The position numbers and the translations under genes were made by a program. Under the pieces are notes generated by a model that saw only the letters and a list, made by a program, of their open reading frames with translations, was not told where the DNA came from and did not search any database. This document shows positions 37,701 to 49,946 of a stretch of DNA of 64,000 nucleotides, in pieces (position 1 is the stretch's first letter; every line of letters starts with the position of its first letter). This stretch comes from Tubiluchus corallicola. Its lineage: Eukaryota > Animalia > Priapulida. The stretch spans positions 519,222-583,221 of the forward strand of contig JAQGDQ010000121.1 of assembly GCA_030141605.1 (NCBI GenBank), written 5' to 3'.

Positions 37701-40700
37701 GTTCCGAAATTTCAACTTCATAGAGCACTTGCTGCTCATATTATTGCAGTTTAAACTTCGGCACACTTTTTCTGTGTCACCCTATATCATATAACTCCAT
37801 GACACACTATCACCTTGGTTAGAAGGTAAGGCATGACTGCAAGAATTGTGCAAGGTGCTAAAATGAGACATAGCAGTCAATGATTTTCGTGATTACCTTG
37901 ACCTTGACAGAAATAGATCTGCTTCAGTTATTTTCTATCTGATGAACTATAAAAATTATTGAAAAACTGCATGCTGAATACACTACAGAGCCAATTGTGA
38001 AAACAAGGCTATATAAGCATCATATTGTTTTAGAAGCACGTATTAGCAAAAAGAAACCACAAGAGTAGAGCCAGAATCAAGTAAACATTTGGATATTATT
38101 ATAATTAATTTGGTAATATATAATTTTGCTAAAATAAACCAATAATTTCTTTTGTTAAACCAAAATAATCTCATTTAATGTAATCTAATCAAATCTAACC
38201 TAATTTTAGAATAACTCAAGCCAGTACATGCAGTGTCTTACAGAGCATGTCTCAGTATAAACAGCGACATAAAAGAGGTTGCTACCAATTAATTAAAGTG
38301 TTGCTGATAAAAAACAAAAAAGCCCAAAAAACAGAGCTAGTCTAAATAAAATGACTGATAATTAGTGACCTAAAACCGCAGTAAATACATAACGTAGTTT
38401 GATCATCATTAAAGCAAGTAACAATTATGTCTCAAACATTTTATTGCACAATAAACTTGTAAACTCTTAATAATAATAAGTTAAATTTACTAAGTCTGTC
38501 ATCACTTGAGGCCTCTAAAAACCTTTAAAATGCGCTAAAAGTGCTAGCGCCCGGAACTAGGTCCACCTAGCTGACAGAATTGGTTGCTAACTTATTTGTA
38601 TACTACCCGTTACTAACACTACCACATATGTCATGAAACCCCACAACATGGGTGCATTTTTGCAAGACGTTCACTTCTACAGTAAGTTTCCACTTCAGGA
38701 AACCTTGACTTAAATTTATAATTAGTGCAAAAAAATCTAGTTTACACAGATATATACAGATACATAATATAACACAGATGGTGAAAAATTTTTGTACCTG
38801 TCCTCAATATCGGCTATTGCTCTTTGTAATTTGCTCTCATATTCATCATATAAAGCTTGGGTGACATTGACATGTCTGACACTACCATCCTTCCATTGTA
38901 CGTGTACAAAGTTTTCACAGTACTTAGCACTGACAACCTTAACACGACGTATCTGAAATATGCAAGCAATTTGCGATAATCTAGATATGGATCACAATGA
39001 AGGCATTAGTCAAAAATTTATTGACAAAATTTATTGGCATAACAAATAGCATTATGGGCTTGTGTTGACGCATAGTAAAATCGTGACTTACTCATGGCAA
39101 ATTTAAAAACTGTGATTTGGCAATAAAAAACATGAAACATATCTTACATACATTTGAATTGCTGTTTTCTAGCTGCTTTGTTTTAACTAAACCATCACAG
39201 TGCTTGAAGGCAACAGGACTAAGAGTATCGTACAGCATCAATTTCTGAGCATGCAGGCCATGCTTGTTCAGCCATGTCTTACTGTCTTCTAGCTCAGGTA
39301 GACTTGCAGGCTTTATTTCTGATTCATCCAACAGTGACTTGTTCAGCTGTAAATCCTTATCTGAGGCAGAGTGTTCTGACGGGTCGTTCATTATAAGATG
39401 ACTCTCTTGTGCCTGAAAAGTTACTGATGAATCTTGTAACTGCGATTCAGTTTGCTCCACTAGCTGAGACTGAACAATTTGTAGGCTGCAGTTGGGATCA
39501 TAGAAAGGTGTACCATTCCGTGCAATCGGTTGTGATTTGGTAAGTTGTGGGCTTTCAGCACTGGAAGATTTATGTTCATGAACATCCGCAATGACAACAG
39601 TTTCTACATTCTTCTTTTTCTTCTTCTCAGACTTTACTGCAGAAAAAACTACAAAGTTGAAAGCACAGCAGCGTGGAATCAACATTTTTTTATGTTAAGA
39701 TAACCATTTCCGCAATGAGCCCTTTTTAATAGGACAATTGCACACGAAAAGAAGTTTGATGAACTCCAGCTACCTAACCCCAAGTTCTGCAAAGTACTTA
39801 ATCTTAATTTAATGAGCATTTAATGTGCGTTAGTAACTCGATAGACGCATGCAATCAAGTAGCAAGTAATCATCTATGTGCAACAGCCTTAAACTAGTAG
39901 TAGTTCCTTTCAAAAATGATGGACAGAACTAAAACAAAAACGACAACACTCAATCCTTGTACTTTCAAGCAAGATATCAAGTTACAAAATCATAGTTAAA
40001 ACAACGTACACATTACTAAGTAGAAAATGGATAGCAAGATTCAAATGTCATTGAAATGAGTCGTAAAAACATTAAGAGAGGACATACTATATTAATACAA
40101 GAAAATTAAAAAAATTCTTGCCATTTTTATCATCATCATTTTTTTCTTCGTCATCAAAAAAGGAATGTGACACCACAGAACTTGTGTCGGAATTTTCCCT
40201 AAAGTTCAGACGACTGCCTCCCATTTCTAGACCCTGTTCTATACGATCCAACTCCAATAAGCTAAAGCGAGCTTCTTCCATCTCTTCATACATAGAAAGA
40301 ACGTCTTCTCGTAACCAACCAATGAGGGCTTTCTCACGATTAGCAGGTGCAGTGTTATTTGTCTGAGAGATGCTGTTAGATCGATCCAATAAATGCCGAT
40401 GGAGATCCTCATTCAAAGCAAATGAATGAAACCTGAAAATACATTCACTAAAGACAGACATTCTTTACTCTTCTGTCAATAAATCATAGTGCATCAAATC
40501 AGATTCATATGTACTCATTAAAGTATGATAAAAAATCACCAGTAAACTGAACAAAGATTTCTTTTCAAAACATTTCCAAAACACTGTCAGTACACCTAGA
40601 GCAGCAGTATGTGTCAACTAAGTAACAATTCATTCCCGGTTACGGTTTCCAGTTGCATGAGCAGGGTCATGCAAAAACCTGTCATTCTTAATGTGTATTT

Positions 40701-43700
40701 GTCTTTTCGACAAGCAAGTTTCATTGTATTCTAGCTCTCATTTCTACTATCGTATCTAAGTTCCTGGAGACAAAAAGGCATTATTATAATGAAGTAGAAA
40801 TTTTTCACTGTCCACAAGCCAGAATGCAGCAGTTAACCGGTAGGTTCTTACTCAAATTTAACAGTTGTAATGAGACCTGGACATGACCCATTGTCAAGGC
40901 TGTGACTCAATGATGAGCTACAGTACTGTCCAGAGTGAGAATCGATGCTGTTAACCTCTCCAATCAGTGACCTGTCTCAGCACCATTTCTAATTTCAATC
41001 ACCAAGAGGATGCCGAGACCACCGGCCTAGGCAGCACGAAGCACATTTAATAATTTAAATTGAAACCACAAAAGTATCACTCAGATTTTGGTTAACATGA
41101 CAACAAACAGCATGTGAGAATATTAAAAATCAATTACCTGCCACCTCCAAGCTTAGCAAGTTCCTTTAAAAAGTCAAGCGTTCCGGAATTGTAACAGTTG
41201 AAAGATACAACATTTACAGGAATAGCTGTTTTTGACACCTAAATGAAAATGTAAAAACAGTTATGTAAAAGACCTCGCTTCTGCTTAGAAGGTTATACAT
41301 GTCCTCTTTTCATTTACTTGTTACACAGTCAATTATTTTTAATAATTGTCCTCCCCGTATTGAAAGAAAATCACGGGTAGAAGAACGTTTGACTTTAGTC
41401 AACTTTTTATCCAAATACTTTGTATATAACTGTAAGACTACTGAACTCCCAAATTAAGCACATTTGAGCATTAAATCTGTGGTCATCTGACTGCTTAACA
41501 CTCATACTGACTGTTACTCAAAGTTTTTCTCGATCTGCACCTCGGTAACCATAAAACACCACTACAAATGATAAGTATGATAATAGTTTCTTTTCAGTTC
41601 TTGAATATAATTTGTTCAGTGCTGGTTTAGTGGTGGACTATAACAAGCAGTAACCTAGTGTAAACACTTTCGCAAGCTCACGTACTTGTTAAGACAAAAT
41701 GTCATAAATCAATCACAGCTACAGCATTCATCAAAGTACCAAAAATTTGTGTAAAGTCAGTTTCTGCAGTCACTAAAAGCTGCCTTTTTATTGATTGAAC
41801 AACAACAGACATCAAAAGTAGACCACACTAATGTTGCTTTAATGTCAGACAAATGCACTTCAGTGTAGCAAATGACAACAAAAACCACTTCCGAGTATTA
41901 AACTAACACAGAGCAGCCAACATGTTAACAGTAGGCAGCTAGGTAACGGCACCTAGGATACCCAATGCTAATTCGATTTGTTGCAGCTGTCCTAATGGCA
42001 ACAGTGGAGACATTTCTCTGTGTATAGTGTTACCTAGCAAAGTGACAACATTATATTGATCAACAGACTTGCAACAAAGGTCTATGTAAACTGACCCATT
42101 TAACATGCATTACCTTGGAAATACGTATTTATTCTGAAATATCAAAATTGTCTGTTACAAATAATTTGCCATTTACTACATTTTATGAAATCATTGCAAT
42201 TATTAAGCATAAAAACGCGTGTAAACCCATAACAAATTTCACTCTATATTCCTACTTTTCCAAACACTCGTTAAACATTGGCATTCTTGGTGGGCCTAAT
42301 GATTCGCTGTACCAAAATATGCTGCATATTAAAGCACATTGAGATCTCCAATGCAAACAGAATACCAAATAACTACAAGATTCTTCTAAAAATTGGCTTC
42401 AAAATTACGCTGACAAAATAGCAAACTTTTCATTGCATACTAATAATCTTTGTCAATTTTACAATTATACATTCCGTCAATGTGTGTTCTATCATGCCAC
42501 TCAAATGTAGTTACTTTTTGTTTCAATTTGCTGCAGTATTATTCTCCTACAACATACAAAATGAGTGAACCACTTAACCACTTACTGTCTTTACATATGA
42601 ATAAGCCACAGCTAATGTAATTGGAGGTACTTTTAACACAGTTACCTTTTCTTTTATTAACTCCCTACATCCATCTGCTGAACAACCTTCGGTAAACAAA
42701 TACACAGCTTCAACCTGAAAGGCAATTTAAACATACATCATCCATCATCAAATTCACTTTTGCAAAGAACTACCCTTCTTGGAATTAGCATCCAAAATTC
42801 TGCAATGTTGCGTAATATATAAACATGCCTATAATTCTGCAGTGACGCGCAAGAAATGATGGCTTACAGAGAGGGCTGACATCGAAAACACATTAACACC
42901 ATAAAAATTAAAGCTTACTTGGTAATCAAGTGATTAATGTGCACAGTCATGCTATTGTGCACATGTTATGGTAGATTGCACTCGAGAAAAAATCTCAGCT
43001 CACTGACCAACTTAACATATTGGCATAACAATAATAAAATCAATACCTTGCATAAGCTACGATCTCAAAGGCCACGGATTACCGTGGATTTTTATGTGAT
43101 AATTGACATACTTAGCAGCAAAAACTGAGAATGGCAAATGCATTATAAGTCAAACTTTTACTAAGCTACATTTAATTTTATTAAGTGGCACAGTTTACTG
43201 TTTTATAATGGAAAAAACATGTAAAATGCAGGCTTTCATATTTCACATAATCAAATGGTACCCGGGAAATGACTAATGATTAATGTAATGATTTTTCTTG
43301 TAACTTAATGTTTCTATTGCGAAATATTTCAGAACTTTTTTGTTTCATGAAACCCTACATATATTTTAACAAATTGAAACCTATTCAAAATTTATTACAG
43401 TTTGTAAATTTAAAACACACAAAATGGCTAAAAACTTACAAAACAAAAATGCATAAACAATCAGTTTTTTGCTTATTATAGATATATGAAATCACGTAAA
43501 CATGTTAAACATGCTATGCAAATCGATAAGAATTTTTATTGTTCATTTTGTTCATAACAATTTTCTACTAGGTAAAGTGGTACGTATGTTGCTTGCCCTT
43601 GGGCTAAAGGTTACCGCATGTATACTGCTCCATTGAGAATTCTTACAAAGCAAATGAAGAATAAATTACTTACACTGATTCGTGTATGCGCTGCAGCACA

Positions 43701-46700
43701 ATTTTTTTTATTTTTAGCATAAAGGCAAATCAATAGTGTGTGCATGTATTACAATAGATGGAGCTGCTGAGTAGGTCGTGTATACTCATTTCAGCAGTAA
43801 AAAGTGGATGAAATAAAGCCTGTTTTAGGAAAAAAACAAGATAAGGCTAATGATACCTTCATTACCAGAAAAATGAAAAACATTGTTACAATCATTATTT
43901 TAAGATCTAGAACTTAAAATGCTAGAATCTCAATGACAATTCTCTTTAACGGATAAACTTTTCTGTTCCCTTCAATAAAAAAATTAAGTTAGTCTGTACA
44001 AGTGTTATCATTCAAATAGCAGTTTCATTAGTAATGCTGCTTGAGGAGGCTTGTACAATCAAAAAACAGTATTGAAGAAATTCAGTGATTTATTTCAACG
44101 TGTGTAGGCGAATGCCAGAAGGCAACACTATTGTGCATTGACATAAGTTTGGTACTGATGGTGCATCGCATTTTCCAAGTCATCATGCAGAAATAGAAAT
44201 CAAAATGTCTAGTGTTATGTCATGTTCGCCGTTTACCCTCAGCTTTTTTCCGATAAATTAGTGTAAGTATTTAGGCATATATTTGGCTTGTTTAATATAA
44301 TTTTCATTAAATGTGACAACTATTAAAAAAAGTAACTTTGGTACACTGAAAGATCAACAAACCTTTCAGTGATTACAACTGAGGTTTACCAGACCAGATG
44401 TTTAATTGATATTCAGGGAAAAAAATTCAGTGACCTAAATATTCAGTGCATCTCTAGTGGTACCTCCGTCCATGCTTACTTCAAACACATATGCACAAAA
44501 AGATACAAATTGCATACCATACAAGAAACACAAATGTAAATAACAAATCAAGAATTGCATCCTGGGACTATATTTGTAATAACTTACAACTGGTAGTGCT
44601 ATGTTTTCAAATAAAATTTTCAATTTATTTAAAACTGATCATCAGCTTATGAAAATGTAAATTCAAGCTTGCCATTTTGTCTGACGTAGCCTCCACTATT
44701 GCCTCGCATACACTACAGCGGCCTACTACACTGTCTCTTCGTAATCCCCGTATCCATTCAACAGCTGATGATATGGTAGAAGTAGAAGTTGGCACTAGAG
44801 ATTTTTGAAACTTCTGCAGTTTTTCTGTGGCCCTACAACAGAGAAAGTAGTTGTTGAAATACAACACTCTATTGCAAAGCAGAATAATGAAAAAATAATA
44901 ATAATTTTTTCACAGCCTGATACTCTAGAAAAAACTTTGCTTGTTATGTTATTTCCATGCTACACAGTCAAGGCTAAACTGTCATATTTTTTTGTATAGA
45001 GAATTTAAAGAACTACAAAATGCGACTCGAATTATCAACAAAAAATTTACGTCCAAGTTGAAACAAGTTAGACCAAAAAAGGCACTTAATTAGCTAAGTT
45101 TGTCTGTGGTCATTTTTTAACTGACAAAAAAAATTTGCTGCGGTCATTCTAGTGATCAGCCCTAGCATGCTTTTTAGAAGCTCTGTTCAACATGTTAATT
45201 CAGTCTAGAGCCAGCAATGCTAACACAACATGATATAAACAATGACAACTTTTTTACAAATTTTTACAATGTGTCAAATTTGGATAGAAAAATTTCTTGT
45301 CACATTTCCTGTTGATGGAGATGGTTTGTTGATAAACCTGGAGACTAATTTCCCTTCAGAGTCATCTGCTAACAATTTTCATCTGTCTTTTGTTACATGG
45401 AGATAGTTTCTTATTGGTAGTTGGGAGTTTCCATATTGCATTAAACAAAAAACGCATTATGGTCTGGTTTAACAAATTAAGCCAAATTATGTACCTATAT
45501 AGTACCTGATAATGTTAAATTTGGCACACTGACATATCTGTTCTTGCACTACATGAGAGAGACAGTCTATGTAATACTGAAAGTTTTGAGCTGAGAGAAA
45601 GTTAAAATCCGACACGATGACAACGCAATGTTCACAGACCACTCCAAACACCCGCCTACTTCCTGAAACGTGAAATAACACAGTTCAAACTGAATGTTCT
45701 TACACATGAGCATACATGAGATATAATTTTTGCAGTAGCCTGATGTAAACCACTAATTCCAATAAATTTTGTGCATAATTCTAAAAATTATATGTATAGC
45801 GTTCCCACATATATTACATGCAGATAGGTTACATAAGAAATAACGAATTTTGAAAAATTAACTTGACGACACTTTCCTAGTAACCGCATGCTTAGGTGGT
45901 TTCTTTGACAACTATATAAACAGGCAAAGCTTACAAAGTTTACAAACAGCTAAAAACCAATAACCTTTGCTATAACTATAACTGCAAGTGCTTATAAAAT
46001 ATTATTAAATGCTAAAAAGTGGTTGTGCCTGCCATAATTCATTAGTAACAATTCCATATTAGTCTATACTGTATACGCATAAGACAGCTTCAAAAATTTA
46101 TATAATTTTGTAACAGTGGTAACATAAAACATACGTTCCAATTAAATATAAACACAAAAAACAAGTTTATACGCAGAAAAAAGTACCTGACGACAGCCAA
46201 CGAATTCTTTCTTTGTAGAGAGACAATGCTCTTTCCAGCTGTCCCTTCAACTGGCCCAGCTTTTGTTTTGAACAAGTTAACTGAAAACAGAATGAAAAAC
46301 TCAAAAACTCAGTTGAGAACCTTATACACCAAACTGATTTACTCCAAATTATCACGCATAAAAAATTAAAACTGAATTATAAATCATTAAAGAACACCAG
46401 CTGCAAGGTGATATTAAAACTGACAGTGCATACTAATCTGCTGGATAAAAAGCAAACTTGGTGAACAACCATGTAGTCGCTCGTTTAAGGACGCACCCAT
46501 CAATATACATGATCAACTAATGACAAATAAAATACTTAATTCCTTCATATGACGTACAAACTTCACTTTTCTGTCCAAGTGAATGTCCTTCAGTTAGTTT
46601 TAACTGGCAGGCCCATATTGTCAAACTTCTTATCCTGTGTACATTAGGTACATCAGCAGACGAATTAGACTTTGCAAGATATTTGCAGACAACCAGTTAT

Positions 46701-49700
46701 TAAAATGACGTAATTTAAAAGCACCCATGATATGCTGCTTTCAGGTCACAACATTTTCCTTACACGAGTGTGAGCCTTATTAATTTTTATTGCTATTTAA
46801 TGCAAGCGACCGATATCCAGTACAGTGACTTTTGGCTAAGTATAGTCAAAATCAAGTTTGAAAAGATGACATGTATTTGCAAGTCACTCATGATATGCTA
46901 AAATAAAAACATTATTTTCATTGTAAACTTCAATAATTTGCCTTACACACGCACGCGCAAACACACGTTTAATCTTGCTTTCAAAAAGCTATCAGCTATA
47001 GTGCTTCAGATCAGTAAAAAAAGATCATGAATTTGGTTTAGCTAGAAACTCCATGGTACATGCCTGAATGAATTGTGGGTCTAACGCAGTGGGATCATTA
47101 TTCATTGCAGCAGTGCAACCATAATAAAAATAATGATGTAATAAAATTTGAAACACAAAATGGTTGCAAAAAATTTATTTATATTTTTAAAAGAAAGCCA
47201 CAAAACATTTCGACACTTATCTGGTGTCATCTTCACTTGTAAGTGTTCAAATGTTTAGTTAGCAAAAACCTAAAAAGTAATAGCATGAATGAACTATCAC
47301 AACATTATGCAGCAGTAATTAGAGTTTACATGAATTCAGTGTGTATTGTATACAGTAAAATGCATGTGGACGAAGATAAATGGCGGACAATATGTGAATA
47401 GGAAATTTTCAGTGAAGAGCATTAAAGGGATAGAACTCAGCTGACTGTTTAAAGCATGTTCAAAAATGCACAAGCTTTCTTAAATGAACAGAAACTATTC
47501 AATGTTAACCCTACAAAAGACAACAAACTCATCCTTCATGGCAGGATGGTCATAACCAACAGTGTGGTCAAAACAGCTGACTTAATGTGTGCTTTTAATT
47601 TTTTGCCTGTTTTGACAGAAATGCTAAGGTGTCTAGATGATTTTCCAGTGTATGTAACATTGTAGCTATTGCATTTTTATATCTCACATTAGATTGCAAA
47701 AGTGTCAGCATTCTGAATTTAAAACTGAAAAGTGAACGAAAAGTAGGATCTGATTTAAGTACAACTCACAGCTCAATTTGTAAACTCCAATCCCTGTAAA
47801 CTATACTTACTTCTGCATAATGAATGTGACACTTCAAGCAGGTCATTATATTCTTATCTTCCTAACTACTCATTTGAACACTTACAAGTGAGAATAACAC
47901 CAGACAAGTGTTAAAACATTTTGGGGTTTTATTTTAATAATATAACTACATTTTATGAAATCATAGAACTGTGTTTGATTTTTTTTTATTACTGAGCTTT
48001 CGCAAAGATACATTCTCCCATATCTCTCTTGCTTGCCAATTTTCTACACAACTCTCAATCAGCTGTTTGTAGGCCCATAGGCACGGATATGTTCTAAACT
48101 TCTACTAAATGGTATGAGATATACTCACATTAAAAGCCTGCCCATCACCAACTAAATACCGGCTGAAAAGGCCATTGCTGTATTTTGACTTAACAGCTAC
48201 ATCTAATTTTCTGTCATAATCTGGAAGAGCAGAAATTTATAGTACACATTATATAAATGGTTAAACAAGTGCATGTTTACTACACCTACACAATCTCTCT
48301 CTATTTAAAACACTGGAATTTTGTGATAATTATGTGACTTAGCCATTAAAGCTTGGCAATGTTGTGTAATTCCCAAATTACTCAAGAAGTTGCTACTTTT
48401 GTTACTCTAAACTCCACATTTTACTCAGTTCAACTTTGCAGATGATTCAGACATCACCTGACAAAAACTTATTTATAATTAGGAAAAGAATCATTTAAGA
48501 AGTGTCTGACAGCTAACGAGGATCTGCATCCAGAAAAAGCATACAGGTGACACACCATTAGTATAATTACATGTCAACAATAATTTAAAAGAACTTTGGT
48601 AAGGAAAACTAATTTTTCGATCTGTCTTAATAAATCTGCATATGAGCTGTACTAAAAATTGCAAACTTAACCATATATATATATATGTATATATCTGTAT
48701 ATAAATATATCCAATGCAGTGTAGAGAATTAGAATTTAATTATTTTTCACCATTGATTCATAAAGTTCATACGAGAACATAAATGAAAATAAACAAAAGG
48801 TCTAATTATTAGCAATGTTATCTAATTATGAAATTACAATGCATAAGGGGGCGTCGAATAAATGTAAGTTGTCTGGTAAGCCACCCTAAAATTTACTAAA
48901 ATGATAAACATTGTATTACAGTGAAGATGAGGAAAATACTCAACACAATTACATTAGCTTTGTCAGAACAACAGTGACTGCTTAATTCCTTTAATAATTA
49001 TTCTGAAAAAGTGATGAAAAACTATGTGTGTGCTTGAGAAACATGAAAAAAGAAAACGGAAGAAAAGATGACAATTTAATTTTTTTAATAGTATATTAAC
49101 TACTACATTTTTAATGATAGAATGAGTTTCAACTGATTTGCAACGTATAGGTATTATATGCCAGTAATTATATATTACATATTTCAGCTTCTGTAGCTAG
49201 CACTATTGATTTAGCCAATAATTTTACAAGATCACACTGAGTTGTCAGATTTTTGTCAAGCAAACGTAGTTTGACCACAATTATTTTCATCCAAGCCACA
49301 AATTAATGAACATCTTCGTCTGATGCATACACACGATGGCGTTATAATTCTGTCCATAAACAGCTATAAAACTCTAAGTATTTGTATTTTAGAACTATGG
49401 GAAAAGCCAACAAGAATCAAGAATTGGCTATCTGGATTTATGCTGGTAGATACAGGACCCAGTCCAGATTCAGTAAAAAGAATCTAGTGAACCATTTTTA
49501 AGCAAATATCAAAAACCTACTTTTATTCACTTTTTTTGAAACAAGTCAGATTGAGAAATGATGATCATTGCACTTAGAACAAGTTACAAATCAACTAAAT
49601 AGGTTACATTTCATAGGCGAGGATGTGCAAAAACCAATCTAGATAAAATAATTAAGCAAAAAATAAAATAAAAACTTAACAAGACAAGACAAGTTGTAAA

Positions 49701-49946
49701 ATCTCTCTTACCAACACTTTGTTTAAAGCCAAGTTGTGGTAGAATGGAATCAAGGTTCAAACGATTCATCTTCAGTCCATAAACATTCAACCACTGCTGT
49801 GCTGACACTTGAGCTTCAATGCAATTGTCGTCAGACTCGGATAAACTCTGCTTTATATTGACATTAAATTGCTTGGCTTTCTGACAGGTACCTAGCTGTT
49901 TCTGCACTAACCGCCTCTGCATGCTGACTGTGGCACATACATAAAT
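19561..49946 (-). CDS. VWA3B: von Willebrand factor A domain-containing protein 3B; 28 coding exons; first in-frame ATG seen at 49922, upstream exon(s) not resolved
   Basis: Phase-consistent exons: 49946-49712, 48220-48129, 46280-46187, 45662-45506, 44832-44673, 42714-42646, 41238-41138, 40432-40122, 39636-39152, 38952-38798, 36240-36102, 35641-35411, 34883-34707, 33395-33082, 31339-30999, 30540-30139, 29334-29145, 28635-28479, 28025-27910, 26851-26801, 26307-26214, 26040-25897, 23835-23718, 23445-23321, 22799-22662, 21773-21676, 21276-20973, 20340-19561. Motifs: WLNVYGLKMNRL, YKERIRWLSSGSRRVFGVVCEHCVVIVSDF, second VWA with LIDASDSM...GSTNTLEAL...AVYLLTDGRPDQ...IHTISFNC...TGGRF, and a C-terminal DUF4537-like VIARSEQDGLYYTGVV. 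Confidence 0.93.
20848..20929 (+). pseudogene. Degenerate tRNA-like Pol III unit (tRNA pseudogene or SINE head) in VWA3B intron 27, antisense to the host
   Basis: A-box-like TGGTGTCATGG, B-box GGTTCAACTCC, paired T arm TTGGG/CCTAA and a T5 run at 20925-20929. The 5' half resembles tRNA-Gly(TCC) (GGTxAGCATAGCTGC). Acceptor stem pairs poorly. Confidence 0.65.
24200..25310 (+). mobile_element. Decayed L2/Crack/Daphne-type LINE 3' fragment in VWA3B intron 22
   Basis: Remnants LGPLLF (near 24239), LKLK-x-x-x-TKTDFM, FLGIYVDNKL and SITKQGVQLWNAVPSNLKQIKSLCEFKSKLK; ends in ttggcaaataaag directly before a microsatellite. Confidence 0.75.
25341..25770. repeat. Compound microsatellite (ATTGT)28(ATTAT)47 followed by (TG)n/(TGCG)n
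   Basis: Counted from sequence: ATTGT 25341-25480, ATTAT 25481-25715, TG/TGCG to about 25770. Confidence 0.98.
27455..27890 (+). repeat. Diverged dispersed repeat, copy 2, carrying the internal 60-bp duplication
   Basis: Same blocks in the same order and orientation as 1110-1480. Confidence 0.7.
27541..27656. repeat. Perfect tandem duplication, 56 identical bp at period 60
   Basis: taattttaaattttatttagttagtgacgtgtgtgctacgaatgccctgattattt at 27541-27596 and 27601-27656. Confidence 0.97.

Noticed and set aside
40700-41040. SINE-like remnants (also near 43580-43830 and 51395-51440)
   Set aside because: Only vague B-box-like or core-like similarity; cannot be supported without a repeat library search.
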